A DNA stretch of 64,000 nucleotides from Azolla caroliniana (Eukaryota > Plantae > Polypodiophyta): the NCBI GenBank assembly GCA_043228905.1, contig JBHGNT010000001.1:37076001-37140000 (forward strand), in the 5' to 3' direction. How positions within the stretch are numbered: the first letter of the stretch is position 1; the number at the start of each line of letters is the position of its first letter. Position numbers and translations under genes: made by a program. Shown one piece after another: positions 1 through 20,402 of the stretch. The notes under the pieces were generated by a model that was not told where the DNA came from, did no database searches, and saw only the letters and a program-made list of their open reading frames with translations.

Positions 1-2515
1 ACATTGTTGGTGTGAAGGGTCCCAAGAATGCCCACGGATTGCTTGATTGTGAATCCAGTGCTGGTACCACCACCACTAGTCCAGATTCTTTGATAGACTG
101 AGTGAAATCCACTATCTCCATTCTTTTTGTTGTAATAGTGACATCCCCCACCACTCCATCGAACGCCTGCACATGCATAATAACATTTGTGGTTATCAGC
201 ACAATTGACAGTTTCTCATCATGAGCCAGCTTTCCTTGGGAGGACCCAGGTTTTTTTTCTTGCAGGTTTTTATTTTCCTCTATTATATATATGTAGTCAA
301 ATTGTAAATAACAAACAAGAAATAGTATACTAAAACTTTTGTGAATTGAGAAATGTTTAGGGTCAAAACTATAAGATCTACAGGGGATATTCGAACTAAA
401 CAGAAGATTAAACATGTAGTGAAACAAATTCTATCTTATCCAAATATTATTATTTCTGAAAACATATAAAATATGACTGTGTGTCCATACCTTCTGAGCC
501 AAGAGAAGAATCATGTCATCGTACACAGGTTCTGTGTTGTTTCCAAATAATTCAAAGTTGTAGGAGATAGTGTACGGCAAATAGTTCAGAGCCTCTAGGA
601 AGACATCGATGCAGTAACCACTGAATGTTGTGACATTCGTTGTATTTGATTTAGAATAGCTTAGAAACTGCTCAAAGCCTCTCTTCAAGGGTACCGCTAT
701 CCTCAAAGGCCTGCCATTTTTCGGAAAAACCCATCCTCGAGGTACCTCATACGAGTCTCCAGGCCACATTATTTTCCAAGGGGAACCTGGAGAGTTTGCA
801 TTTCCCACCGTAGCATCCGTGACATTGTCAGATGCGGAGAGTGATAATTTACTTGTGTTTGTCCAGTAGCCAATTGGCTTCAACTCACCATCAATAATGT
901 TAACAATCTGAAATTCGCTGCGGATGAGATCATGTTCTGAATCCAGCTGTATATAGCCTGATGTTCCTGCAAATTGAGTCTGCAGAATAGAGTTTCTGAG
1001 TAAAGGTCCCCCCTCAAAAACTTTCAATTCAACCAGGTCAGGAGAACTGCCTGCAGCATCCGTGGGAAAGGTAGAGTTTTTGAAAGTGATGTTGAAGCCA
1101 TTCTTCGTGTAGTTATCGATTGCATATGCTAGCATTTGTGTTGCATCATATGCATACAGACCATAAATAGGTATTTCATTTGCAATCTCTTCCGACGAAA
1201 TTTGATTTTTCCATTCAGAATCAAAAGTTCTTAATACAGAAGAGTTTGCATAATAACCACGAATCCCAACTACACCTTGAAGTGTGATCAAATCTCTAGC
1301 TTCTACTGTGGCCTTGTTAAGTGTGCCGACCATCAAGTCAGAAGCAATCCATACATAACCACTAGTCATCATACCCTGGTATTTAGCCTCGGTAAAGAAA
1401 AGCAATGAAAGATTTTGTGGCATGTGAACTACAAAAATTCTTGTCTGCATTGCAGAAAGATTATTTAGGACAGTATCAATACTGGTCCTATTACTATCTG
1501 GACTCACGGCCACTTTCTGTACAACTTGAATTCCAAGAGGGTCCAGGGCGCCACTGATCGCAGCAGCTCCACTGCTTCCAGAATTGTCATCTATGTAGAT
1601 GATAACCACACTTCTCCATTTATACATGGCTATTAAAGATGCAATAGCTTGCATTTGCATGGCATCGCTATGTGCAATCCGGAAGAAATAGGGATACCGT
1701 TGCCCGGAGAATTCTGGATCAGTCACTGCAAATGAGAGCATCGGAACTTGGGTAGCAGTTGCCATGTGAGCAACAAAGCGAGAGACAGCAGTTGACTGAG
1801 GCCCTATGACTGCAATGACCTCCTGCTTGAAGAGCTCTAATGCTGGACGAATAGAAACAAAAGCAGAGCAGAGAAAGAAAAGGCCATGAGTACAAGCCTG
1901 CTCACGTATATAAGAAAACAATTGAAGCTGTTGTCTAATATTGAAAGAATACTCCAACAGGCAGGTTCAAGAACAGAATGTTTGCCATACTTACAAACTC
2001 AAACAGAAATTCCATATGTAAATCATGTAACCCTTTTCCAACAGCATCCCCAAAACAGAATGTATACTAGCTAGTGGCGTCCCCAAATGCATCAGTTTGG
2101 CATGTGCTGTGACTGAAACAATATACCAATCGAAAAATTGTAAAGAGATGGATAGCTTACCAGCAGCTACCCCCGGGAAAGCACTACAATTGGTATCCAG
2201 CATGTGTAATACAAGCTCCGAGTTGTTAAGTATATTCTTGTCTTTGTTAATGCTATCCACAGCCATCTGGATAGCCTTTCTAGCAACTCTTCCATTAAAC
2301 GTGTCATAGGAAACCAAAGCCCCAATGTGGATTACTGAAGAAGCATTTTCTGCTCCTGCAGCCAAGTATTTGATATCTGGAGAAAGGAGACAATATATTG
2401 ATATTGTGGTGATGAACAGACTCAGAGTTACATAAGGTCTGGTGTAAAGAGACAGTTTCCTGGCCTTGCGTGTCTCACATTGGATCTTCAGTTGCGGAGG
2501 AAAGATTGTAGCCAT
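1..2515 (-). CDS. GLR: Glutamate receptor-like ion channel GLR-A, exons 1-3 (3' part runs off the window start)
   Basis: Exons 2515-2161, 1842-491 and 166-<1, with GT-AG borders and consistent phases. Motifs [44 protein letters not shown] and [14 protein letters not shown]. An alternative in-frame ATG exists at 2638, but 2515 aligns with the starts of GLR-B and GLR-C. Confidence 0.93.
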
Positions 2516-3427
2516 AACCGAAATGTGAGTGAGGATGATGAAATCAAACCCTTTGTTTGCATAGCATGAACCAGGTGAAGCATGGATGAAATTCTTGAGG
2601 TACCAAAGGATCTTGTTGAAGATTTGGGATGTATACATCTATGGCCAGATCATTCTTGCTGAAGAAGATTGCTGCGGTGTGTAAAGGAGGGAGGTGAATG
2701 GGGAGAAAGAATCCTCTGTTTTGTTCTTCTTTCTGGGTGTTGTGTCAGTCAGCAAGGCATGACATGCATGTGAAAAAATGTTTTATAATCAAAGGATGTA
2801 TTCCTTCTAAAAGCCATCTTTTGTCATTGTTGACATTCTGAGTGGATTGATTATTCTGGGAAAAGTCCAAACAAAGGCTGCATGTGCCAACTCTTCTTCA
2901 GCCACATGAAGCTTCTTTACTGACCCCTACATGCTCTCAACCTTCCCCATTTTAGCACCTCAAACCTTTTTGTTTGACTTGCCTCTTTTGTCCTCAAAGA
3001 GGCAACCCAAAACAAAATGCTTGAGGTCAATATTGGCCTCTCCGTGGACTCTAAAAATATCTATATTTATCTATTTCTCTAAGCTTAGAACGCCCTAACA
3101 GTATCCAAAACATTGGAAGAGGAAATATGATGCTCTCTCCCCTGTGTTGTGGGGTTTGGAGTCGATAATGTGCTCGTGCCATTGCTTGAACTTTGGATTT
3201 TATGCTTTCCTGGATTTGGAAAAGAAACTGCACATTCTAATTTGTAGGTTTAGGTTTTGTTTGTGATCTTGATTTGGTGTGTTCACGAATGTCACGGCAC
3301 CAACTTACTAAACATAAACGGTCACCCATGACTTTAAGGGTTATGGCACGAGCCTCTTTGAAATATTCATGCCTTTCGATTAACTTGCTTCTTGACATAA
3401 CCATAAGACCTCTAAAAGACGATTTGA

Positions 3428-3570
3428 TAATACTCATGAGTTCTAATGCATGCTTTAAGTTTGTGAGTATCAAATTGAAAATGATAGTTTAGTCTTACTT
3501 AATACTCATGAGTTACGATGCATGATTTAAGTTTGTGAGTGTCAAATTCAAAATGACCATTTAGTCTCGC
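3428..3570. repeat. Degenerate ~72-bp tandem duplication upstream of GLR-A
   Basis: taatactcatgagtt...tcaaatt(g/c)aaaatga..tttagtct occurs twice (3428 and 3500). A single homologous copy lies upstream of GLR-B at ~11203-11272. Confidence 0.8.
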
Positions 3571-4074
3571 TTTCCAAATGCTCATCACTTGTGTTCATTG
3601 AAAATTTGACATTATATTCCAGAACTCTATGAGGGAACATTGTATTTTCCATTGCCAAGCACATGTTGTCATGAAGTAGAAAGATTCTATATACGGTGGT
3701 GATGCCAGATGGTAAGAAGCAACACATAAGATGTTGCGTATAGAGAGCTTTTCTTGGCTTTGCTGTTGCTCCTCGTGTGTGGATCAAATACAGTAGCCAT
3801 GTCATTAATGTGATTGAAAGTCATGAATCTCACTGTTTATAGAGCATGAAGAAGAAGAAACCATTTTGGGCATCTAAATTATAACCAAAAGACTCTCATT
3901 GATGATTCTGGGTATGTCAGTATGTCATCACAACAATACTCCATTCATATCAGAGCCAAGCTCATAGATGAAGCTACAATGGTGCTCCATTTGTAGGGGT
4001 CATCAACAATTGGTAGTGATGTACGTGATAACAGCAAGTGACCCCATAAAAGCAAGCTTGTACCCTACTTAACA

Positions 4075-4395
4075 AACAGTTGGCGATGCTTATGAGCACA
4101 TAGAAAGGCTCAAATAGATTGCTTGAGCATACAAGCTACTCTCGTTTGGGACGAGAGTCACCCACCGCCTTTGGTCTCACCCTAGAAAACCATGTCGGAG
4201 TTTGGTTCTTGCACACTTCGTGATGAAGTCGGGGATGACTTCCCTCATGTAAAGAAAAAGATTTTCACCCAACTTCGTGAGTAAAGGAACAAAGTGGAAA
4301 CCCAAACAATCACTCTTCTCCCTAAAACAAGAAGGAATTGAGATGGTCTGAGATTACATGCACCGAGCCAAAAAGCCTAGACAATAGGTGAAAAG
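4075..4395 (+). mobile_element. Decayed Ty3/gypsy-type retrotransposon gag fragment
   Basis: Translation across frameshifts gives GDAYEHIERLK*IA*AY / AFGLTLENHVGVWF / NFVSKGTKWKPKQSLFSLKQEGIEMV*DYMHR. This matches the Retrotrans_gag pattern (F.L.L...A..WF ... L.Q...E.V.DY..R). Several stops and frameshifts; no LTRs recognised. Confidence 0.6.
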
Positions 4396-5040
4396 ATCCA
4401 TGTTTTGTATGACCCCACCTTACAAAACTTCCCATCACTAGCATAATCATAAGATGTACTGTGATCACATTTTCTCCTAGAAGTTTCACATATTTACCAG
4501 GCAACATGTTGAGCAAATATCGTGTGCCAGAGAAAGTGATGACAAACCATTTCTTCTACTGATTTCATATGTCAGGGTAAGTTTGGTAATACGGCATTCT
4601 CTAATGTATCTATCATCTATGCCATAATTTAAAATCCATCGCCTATATTGGAAAGGATCAGCTCTTACAAAACGCTATGGCCTCCACTCCAATGTAGGTA
4701 TATAAGTACTGAAATTTGAGAAATTCATTCATCTAACTATTGAAGTAATGAATCATATTGCTGGTCTTTATGGTCTTGACTAAACAGATTTGTAACAAAT
4801 TAATTATTCATCCAAAAAGGGTATTCCAAGCATTATAATTACATTAATATTATTACGTGGAATGTTTGACACTTTTGTGACATTACTTATTCTGTAGATC
4901 AGTCATTGTCGGTGGCTGCAGTCGATGTATTCGTTATCAAGGGCAGGGGAAATACCATACCCAACGTTCAGAGGGATTAGATGGATGATTTATTGATTTT
5001 TTCTATTAAATGTGGTGGCAGCTTGATATTCATCTTTTGG

Positions 5041-5288
5041 TTCTGAGGGGAGCGGGCATGTTCAAACTCTGGGAAAGAGCAGAGCAGTTGTAGGTTAAGC
5101 TTGAGATGAAAGAAATAATATTTCTATACCCTCTTGGCCTTTTGCAACTAACGATTGAAAATCCTTCTGAGGGGAGCGGGCATGTTCAAACTCTGGGAAA
5201 GAGCAGGGCAGTTGTAGGTTAAGCTTGAGATGAAAGAAATAATATTTCTATACCCTCTTGGCCTTTTGCAACTAACGATTGAAAATCC
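5041..5288. repeat. 124-bp direct tandem duplication (2 copies)
   Basis: Units 5041-5164 and 5165-5288 (ttctgaggggagcggg...gattgaaaatcc) differ at one position that I can see (agagcag vs agggcag). Confidence 0.95.
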
Positions 5289-5872
5289 TGCACTTATGGT
5301 GGCAACTCAATTACACAGGTTATACATAATTTCGGCTGGTTTGTTCCAATGAAGTAAACGTTAATTATGGAAAAAACTATATCATAAGACAAAATAGATA
5401 TGTTCCAAGACCATATCAAGTAATATGTTAACTTCCATAGAAATTAAAGAATCTTTTGGTTTTCCTGATAGATATGCTGCATGGGAATCTGGATTATTTT
5501 GAAAATGACACAAATAGATGGATGATCCTACGGAAATGAGTCAGGATTTATCCACATTGAGTGTTGATATAGAAGAGTTTATGGCGAAACCATACAGAAG
5601 GATGAAAAAAAACTGTCGACAGAATATTTCTCATGGTTAATCATTAATGTCCATTTGGTGCCCATTTGAAACATTTGTACACTGTATCAGCATTGGTAAT
5701 GAGGGGCCAGTAGAGAGCATATTTGATGTTCTTCGTGTTAGTACGAGCATATCAATGTCACAAAAAAATTTATGATGGAAGATCTACTTTTGATGTCTAC
5801 AGAATAGCTGTCGAAGAAAGTATTCACATATCTAAGTGTCCACTGTATTCATATATAATAACTGTAGATGTT

Positions 5873-9883
<4,011 letters not shown>

Positions 9884-11619
9884 ATCTGAAATGTGAGTGA
9901 GGATGATGAAATCAAACCCTTTGTTTGCATAGCATTAAACAGGTGAAGCATGGACGAAATTCTTGAGGTACCAAAGAATGTTGTTGAAGATTTGGGGTAT
10001 ATATATGACCCGATTCCTGTTAAAGATTCTGGCTATATGAATAGAAGACACATTGCAGAAGATTCCGGTGTGTAGTTTGCAATGGCTTTTGCTTTTGGGA
10101 AAAAGCATCATCTGTGGGTTATTTTTTGGTCGTCATGCATGTGAACTACCCCTAAGATTTTATAATTAAGGATGCATTCATTTTAAAAGCATGTTTTTCC
10201 TTTGACTTAGGAGGTTCTTAATATGGGTGCCTTATTAGGAGGAAAGTCCAAAAACCACATGTGCCGCCAACTCTTCAACCCACGAGGCTTCTCATAATAG
10301 TTCTTTAATGACCTCTACGTGGTTGGGTCCGAGGGTATGTCAAACTTTCTCAATTTAGCATTTGAGCCTTTGTTTGATATACCTATTTTTGTCCTTATTT
10401 CTCTAACTTGAATGTCAAATAATTTGCAGAGCAGTAAAAGAAAACCTGATGCCCTCTGTGTTGTGAATTTGTAGGCTTTGTATGCGATCTAGTTCTGGTC
10501 TGTTTAGAACCTCACGTCATGAAGTTACTAAATAGAAATGGTCTTCCGTGAATGTAAAGATTAGGATACCTGAAACAAAACTATAGGAAGGAAATAGAAC
10601 TGGTCTGTCAACTTTTGAGAAATTTTCACCTTAAATTTTTGCACCTGTTGCTACTTGTAACTAACTAGTTTGGCGCAAGTTTTTCAGAGACCAGGCTCGT
10701 AGAAATAGCCCAACCTTGAAACATATCAAAAGATGATAAATATTTTTGAGCGTTTTATTCTAAGGTTCATAGGAGTTGAGCCATAGACAAGTAGGATATA
10801 ATATTGTTGGCTGATGATTCTCCAACAATTGTTTCTAATATATAGAAAGGGTTTATGTGAATGTCATGTTATCCTTGCCTTAGCTTCATATACATTCAGT
10901 AAATCCACGTCCAATTCCAAATACTGCTTTGGAAACTGTACGTCACGTGCATTGGAAATGACAAACATGTGATTTTTGCGTTAATCTGTAAGGAAACTAT
11001 AATTACCTTCTGGATACTCAATGACAGTACCCTCTTTAGCAGTGAAATGTTAAATATTGAAGGTAATTCTTCCGTTTCATGTTTAAAATATTACAGTTGG
11101 GTGTTTTTCATCTTTGTTTCTTTGATGGCATGGGATTGGCCCTGCATATACATTTATGCTTTGATGGCATGGGATTCGCTTGCTTCTTGACAGAGGAATT
11201 GGTAATGCTCATGAGTAATGATGCATGATTTGAGTTTGCGAGTGTCAAATTGAAAACGATAGTTTAGTCTTGCCTGCCACTGCTCATTTATTACATATGT
11301 TCATTGAAAATTCAGCTTTACATGCTATGTTCGGCTTTTTAAGTGTTCTGTACATTCCATTAGATGCCTATTTAAAATGCAACGTACTGAGAAATTAATC
11401 GTTGTAGGAATGATGTTTTAGCAATCTATTGCTGTAGGCAGCAAAAATGCGATTGAAGCAAAATAATTTTTTATATATTGGTGTGTAGATATGATTGGTT
11501 TCCTACTTTGAGTAGATATGGTAATAATTGTCTATGATAGAATTGTGTTGTAGCTATGAGTACATTGTTATGCTGTCTCATCCGAATGACTGATGATGGG
11601 GTACCATAATGTATCTATG

Positions 11620-11823
11620 AGAGCCACATTACTATGCTTCTAAGTCAAATAATTGATGAGGGTATCCCTAAACTCAGGAGACAACCCCAATTATTGCTTT
11701 CAGAACGATAAACTATACCATAGAGCCACATTACTATGCTTCTAACTCAAATAATTGATGAGGGTATACCTAAACATAGGAGACAGGCCCAATTATTGCT
11801 TTCAGAATGATGAACTATACCAT
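11620..11823. repeat. ~102-bp tandem duplication (2 diverged copies)
   Basis: gagccacattactatgcttctaa...aactataccat starts at 11621 and again at 11723, with several substitutions. Also in copy 2 at ~41591-41794. Confidence 0.9.
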
Positions 11824-12508
11824 GTACAATGGCTGGAAGCTTGCATAATGACCTCTACCGAATGAGAGAAGGGTCTAGTTTTAGCTCTGGCATTTTCACT
11901 CACAAATGTTGCTGTTGTTTACTTCTTTAAGTTTCATGCTTTTCTATATTTGTGGGCACAGATTTAGGCTCCAGAAATGAACCACAATGTTGATGTTAAT
12001 TTCATAAGCACTCCATGCATGGTTAGAATGCGAACATCCTTGAATTGTGATGATCATCACTATAGTGCCTACACTCATTTACAAAATCAACTAAACTCTA
12101 TATTCTTGTTGCATACATTGATAACTCGTTCAACATATATTTCAATTTCCCTCATCATTCAGCTCCCATCACATGAACCCAACCGCAGTTTTTTTATCCC
12201 ATCCAAATTAGTTCTTTTCACATGAAAAGATTTATTGCAATAAAGAACATGTTATCTGCTATTTCCTCAATGATATAATCTATAAACATGTCATGCCATA
12301 TCATCTCCATACAATACAAAGATGCAGGGGATGCTCCATTGGTAGGGATATTTCGAGGCATCAACAAAGATATATCTATGCTCAAACCATTGAACAATGT
12401 GGCATTACTTGAACTTGTCGAACACCAACTGATATATAAACCGGTTGCAAAGTCTAGTGACTGTGGAATTATTTTCAGAAGGCGGCCATCATCTGAACAG
12501 CTAACCCT

Positions 12509-12574
12509 TAAAAATGCTGCTGGGATTAGGATGAAAAGTGCAGTGGCTACGAACGCAAGAATGTTAACTTCCGC
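12509..12574 (-). pseudogene. psbM: Nuclear plastid DNA (NUPT): 5' 22 codons of psbM (photosystem II subunit M)
   Basis: Minus strand reads (A)EVNILAFVATALFILIPAAFL, versus the PsbM consensus MEVNILAF(I/V)ATALFIL(V/I)PTAFL. Truncated after codon 22. The start codon position reads GCG in this copy. Confidence 0.88.
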
Positions 12575-13581
12575 ATTAGTAGTTCAAATCAATTAAAGAG
12601 TACTATGAGTTGTCCCATCGGACTAAAACTCTTGGACTCTGTTATGAACCATCTATTTGTTTCATTCCTGGTTTAGTCGGGTCGACCGAATCAAATGTAT
12701 CCAATCATTCGGGGGTGATAAACGTTTTTGGTTGAACCCCCAATATGGATCACATAAATGACGATTTGATTACTTTGCTAATAAAAGAGGGAAGTTTTAT
12801 GAAAGATGAGGTTGTCTTTCCTGGGTAAATATTCAAATATTGTATCTGATATGCTTATTTTAAAAACCAATGCCCATCCTAATCTCAGGAAAAAGGAGAG
12901 TAGAGAACGGATCTGAGGGATTGTCCGTCCCCCGACATGAGTTCATTTTAACGGTTTGAACTTTTGATGTATCAACCTTTGCACTCATATTCAGTTACTT
13001 GTCTTTCTTTCAATCTCTCTACTATCAGCTGGAGCAGTTCAAATTGAAATTTGAAGAGTGCCTTTTAACTTGATCTATAGATCAAAGGCTTTTTCTTCGA
13101 ATAAGCATAGTCTTACACTCGAATATATCTGACTGTGGCAATGATGTAAATTTGACTCTTATATCATTAAGATATTAATGTGTCACAAGCATGCACTTTG
13201 TATGCCCCTTCGAAAATTTTAAAGCAAAAAATGGTTGAATTCCATGGTATAACTTACAATAGGATTTCTCTTCCAAATCCGAAGAATACTATATATACAT
13301 AGAACCGAGGATATTTTTACCTTTTTTCCGTGTCGTTCTTTTCCCTGCTCATTTTCTACTGCAGGATTTAAATAGAAGAACGGTGTACCTGTTGCTGTTG
13401 GCATCAAAGCTGTTCGAAATCATGAACCGCATAGAACAGAGAAGGAGTATGATGCATCTACTTTCAGTGCTAACACATTGATGATGGCTTTTCAAGTATG
13501 CTTTTTTAGATTTTTGTAGAGCTAGCATGCAGAAGATTCCAGAAGATTCCTCTGCAACAGTACAGAATAAGTCTAAAAAAG

Positions 13582-17953
<4,372 letters not shown>

Positions 17954-18720
17954 ATACGTAAACTTGGATTGGAATTTTGATTTTGAAAAAAGTGCAAAAG
18001 AATATGAAGGGGATATTTTGATTTGATACCCTTCTTTTATCCTTTCAGGCTTCAGCCTTCAGGACTCACTAGAATCATTTAACCTTGTTAAGAGAACAGA
18101 GGATGATGTGAAGAAGACCCATATGGTAAGGTCTGCTGTGAAATACACCCACCCTCTCTCCAGCTTTGTATGGATGAATGATGAAGAAATACCTAGCAGA
18201 CATTTTCATTGAGATTTTTTTTTGTTTGTTGAGTTTTTGTGGAACTCCACGAAAAAGATACCTCTAATTTTCTTTTAGATCCAACTGCTATCCCTTACTT
18301 GTTTAGTCCACATCTCCAAAGTTCTATAAAGGAACCCGTGCTTATAATTTCATTTTTGAATCTAGATTTTTTTCGGACGAACAATTATTTGATTCAATTT
18401 CACAATGTGATCAAACTTAATGAAAATCAGAGCTTGGTATGAGAGCAGAATCTTCTGGAAGATTCTAGGTTTATGATGATGAGCAATAGATGATCATGTA
18501 GGATGTGTGGTGTGTGAGATATGATGTATGATGTACGTATCATGAATGATGATGATGCTTTGTCCGTAACAGAGAAAAGTTACTAATGGATTTCTACAGT
18601 GGAAATAAACAGCTTGAGATTCTTCAAGCTGCTTCCGTAATTTCCCATCAGAGATAAATGACAAATGAATAGAAATTTAAGCTTTCTATTATATACTTAA
18701 GGGTTAAGAAATTAAATTTT

Positions 18721-19141
18721 GAAGAAGAAGAAGAAGAAGAAGAATGGGTTGCGAGACTTGCTTTTCTTCATTTTGCTTTGATTGGACGAAAAGAAGCTCG
18801 GTTTTCGTGCTTGGCTTTTGCAGAGGATTGTGAAATGGATTCTCCGACAGATCGTACAGAAACACAGAGTTAGAGAAAGATGGAGATTGAGATGGAAGTG
18901 AATCGATCCTCTGTTTCTCTCTCGCTCTCTCTCTCTCTCGCTCTCATCCGTCCTTTTTTCTCATACTTCTTAATACTTGGGAATTTTAATTAATTATCCA
19001 TTCTTCATAATATAGGCATTGCCATGGTATGCATGCTATGATATGTATGTATGTATGTATGTAATGTATGCATGGTATGATATGTATGTATGCATGGTAT
19101 GATATGTACATATGTATGTAATATGTATGTATATATGTATG
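18721..19141. repeat. Microsatellite cluster upstream of GLR-C: (GAA)n, (CT/GA)n and a (TATG)n-rich minisatellite
   Basis: (GAA)7 at 18721, a CT run at ~18915-18945, and tatg/gcatggtatgatatgtat units at ~19024-19141 whose length differs in copy 2. The GA run could be a GAGA-type promoter/5' leader element of GLR-C (inference). Confidence 0.8.
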
Positions 19142-20402
19142 CTTCTTGATTCTTCTTTTTCAAGTTAAGATTTGAAGTATGGATAAAAAAGCATTTAAAC
19201 TATTTTTGTTATGAATTGGGGGGGCGTGCATCACCCCATTGATGCCTTTTATGGTTTATAAATGGAATGAAACAATGTTCAAAGTGAATTGATGGGTGTA
19301 TCTTTCCGACTGTAGGAGCTTGCGGATGATGCCCAAGCTCAAGTCGATGCATCAACTAATGAGTTTAGGCCACGAACTTATTACTTGGTTAAACATAATC
19401 ACACCTACTCTCTAAGTAACATCTTCCACCATGGTTTTCAACCTATGATGTGGTTCATCGACACTTAATGGATCTCTTTAGGAAAGAATGTATATCCTCC
19501 ATGTCTTCGGCTCTCTTGCTTACTCTTAGTAACCCTTAGTACACCAACCTTGGGCTTCCCTTTGTCTCCGCATGTGTGGTTGCACAAGACCAAGTTTTAA
19601 AAATAACAAAAGGCAATAGTCCCAAACTCATACATGGGTTTCAAATCTTGTTTCAATAATATTTAGTAGCATTCTTGAATCCTGAAATTGTTCATTATTA
19701 CCATTCCCTAGCATTAGCTTACGGCAATTGATGTTGATTTTGACCTCTACGCATTTGGAAAGCGAATTGTAAAGCTATGTGTGAACTGACAACATTAAGG
19801 TGTGTAAAGTTTGTGCATCTATAAGAAATAAATTGATACGTTCAATTGAAACTTGATGTAGATGTGTATGAAGTCGATGTATAAAGAAAGGGAATGGTTT
19901 CAATTGTGCATTTCCATGTGTATTGTCTCTCGTGATTAAATAATATGGTGGTTTTGTTTTTTCTCAACTTGTCTCGAATTGGTTAGACTGTGGTAAATCG
20001 GAATCATTATAAAATTGAAGATGACAACATATTGTTAGATTATAGTGTGGCATTACCTTAAAGAAGGATATAAAAAGAGTCATTCATGAATCATAATAGA
20101 ATAAAACGATCCACTTCCTACTTAAAGAATATAATTTCAATCGTTTATTCCTTTGGCAAATCCTTAAGGGCAAAGCTAGTCGATCCAAGTCAAGTTCTAT
20201 CTAAGTAGCTTTAGATGGATTAACACTATTACATTTATTAAGGTATGACGTTCGTCTGAGACAAGGTTTTTAAAATTTTCTGAAATAAAGCTACCAAAAT
20301 GCACTGGGACTTCCTAGCTTGCGGAAGGTCAAAAAAAAGCCTAGTGCTCTCAGCATTAGTGTCTCATTTGCAATAGTCCTATAATAATAGCTCTTTAACA
20401 AA

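Noticed and set aside
2516-2638. 41-aa in-frame N-terminal extension of GLR-A (MYTSQIF…)
   Set aside because: The homologous sequence in GLR-B has an in-frame TAA and no matching ATG, and the downstream Met aligns across all three paralogues.
5041-5288. Direct repeats (also 3428-3570 and 11620-11823) as a possible CRISPR array or LTR pair
   Set aside because: Two adjacent units with no unique spacers, no cas genes, no TG…CA termini or internal domain, in a eukaryotic context.
12288-12596. 102-aa plus-strand ORF as an independent gene
   Set aside because: No recognisable motif; its 3' end is the antisense of the psbM fragment.
13070-13085. Perfect 16-bp palindrome ttgatctatagatcaa, plus short hairpins at ~14914, ~26749 and ~30588
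   Set aside because: Short, plausible by chance in AT-rich DNA, and the 13070 palindrome is broken by a SNP in copy 2.
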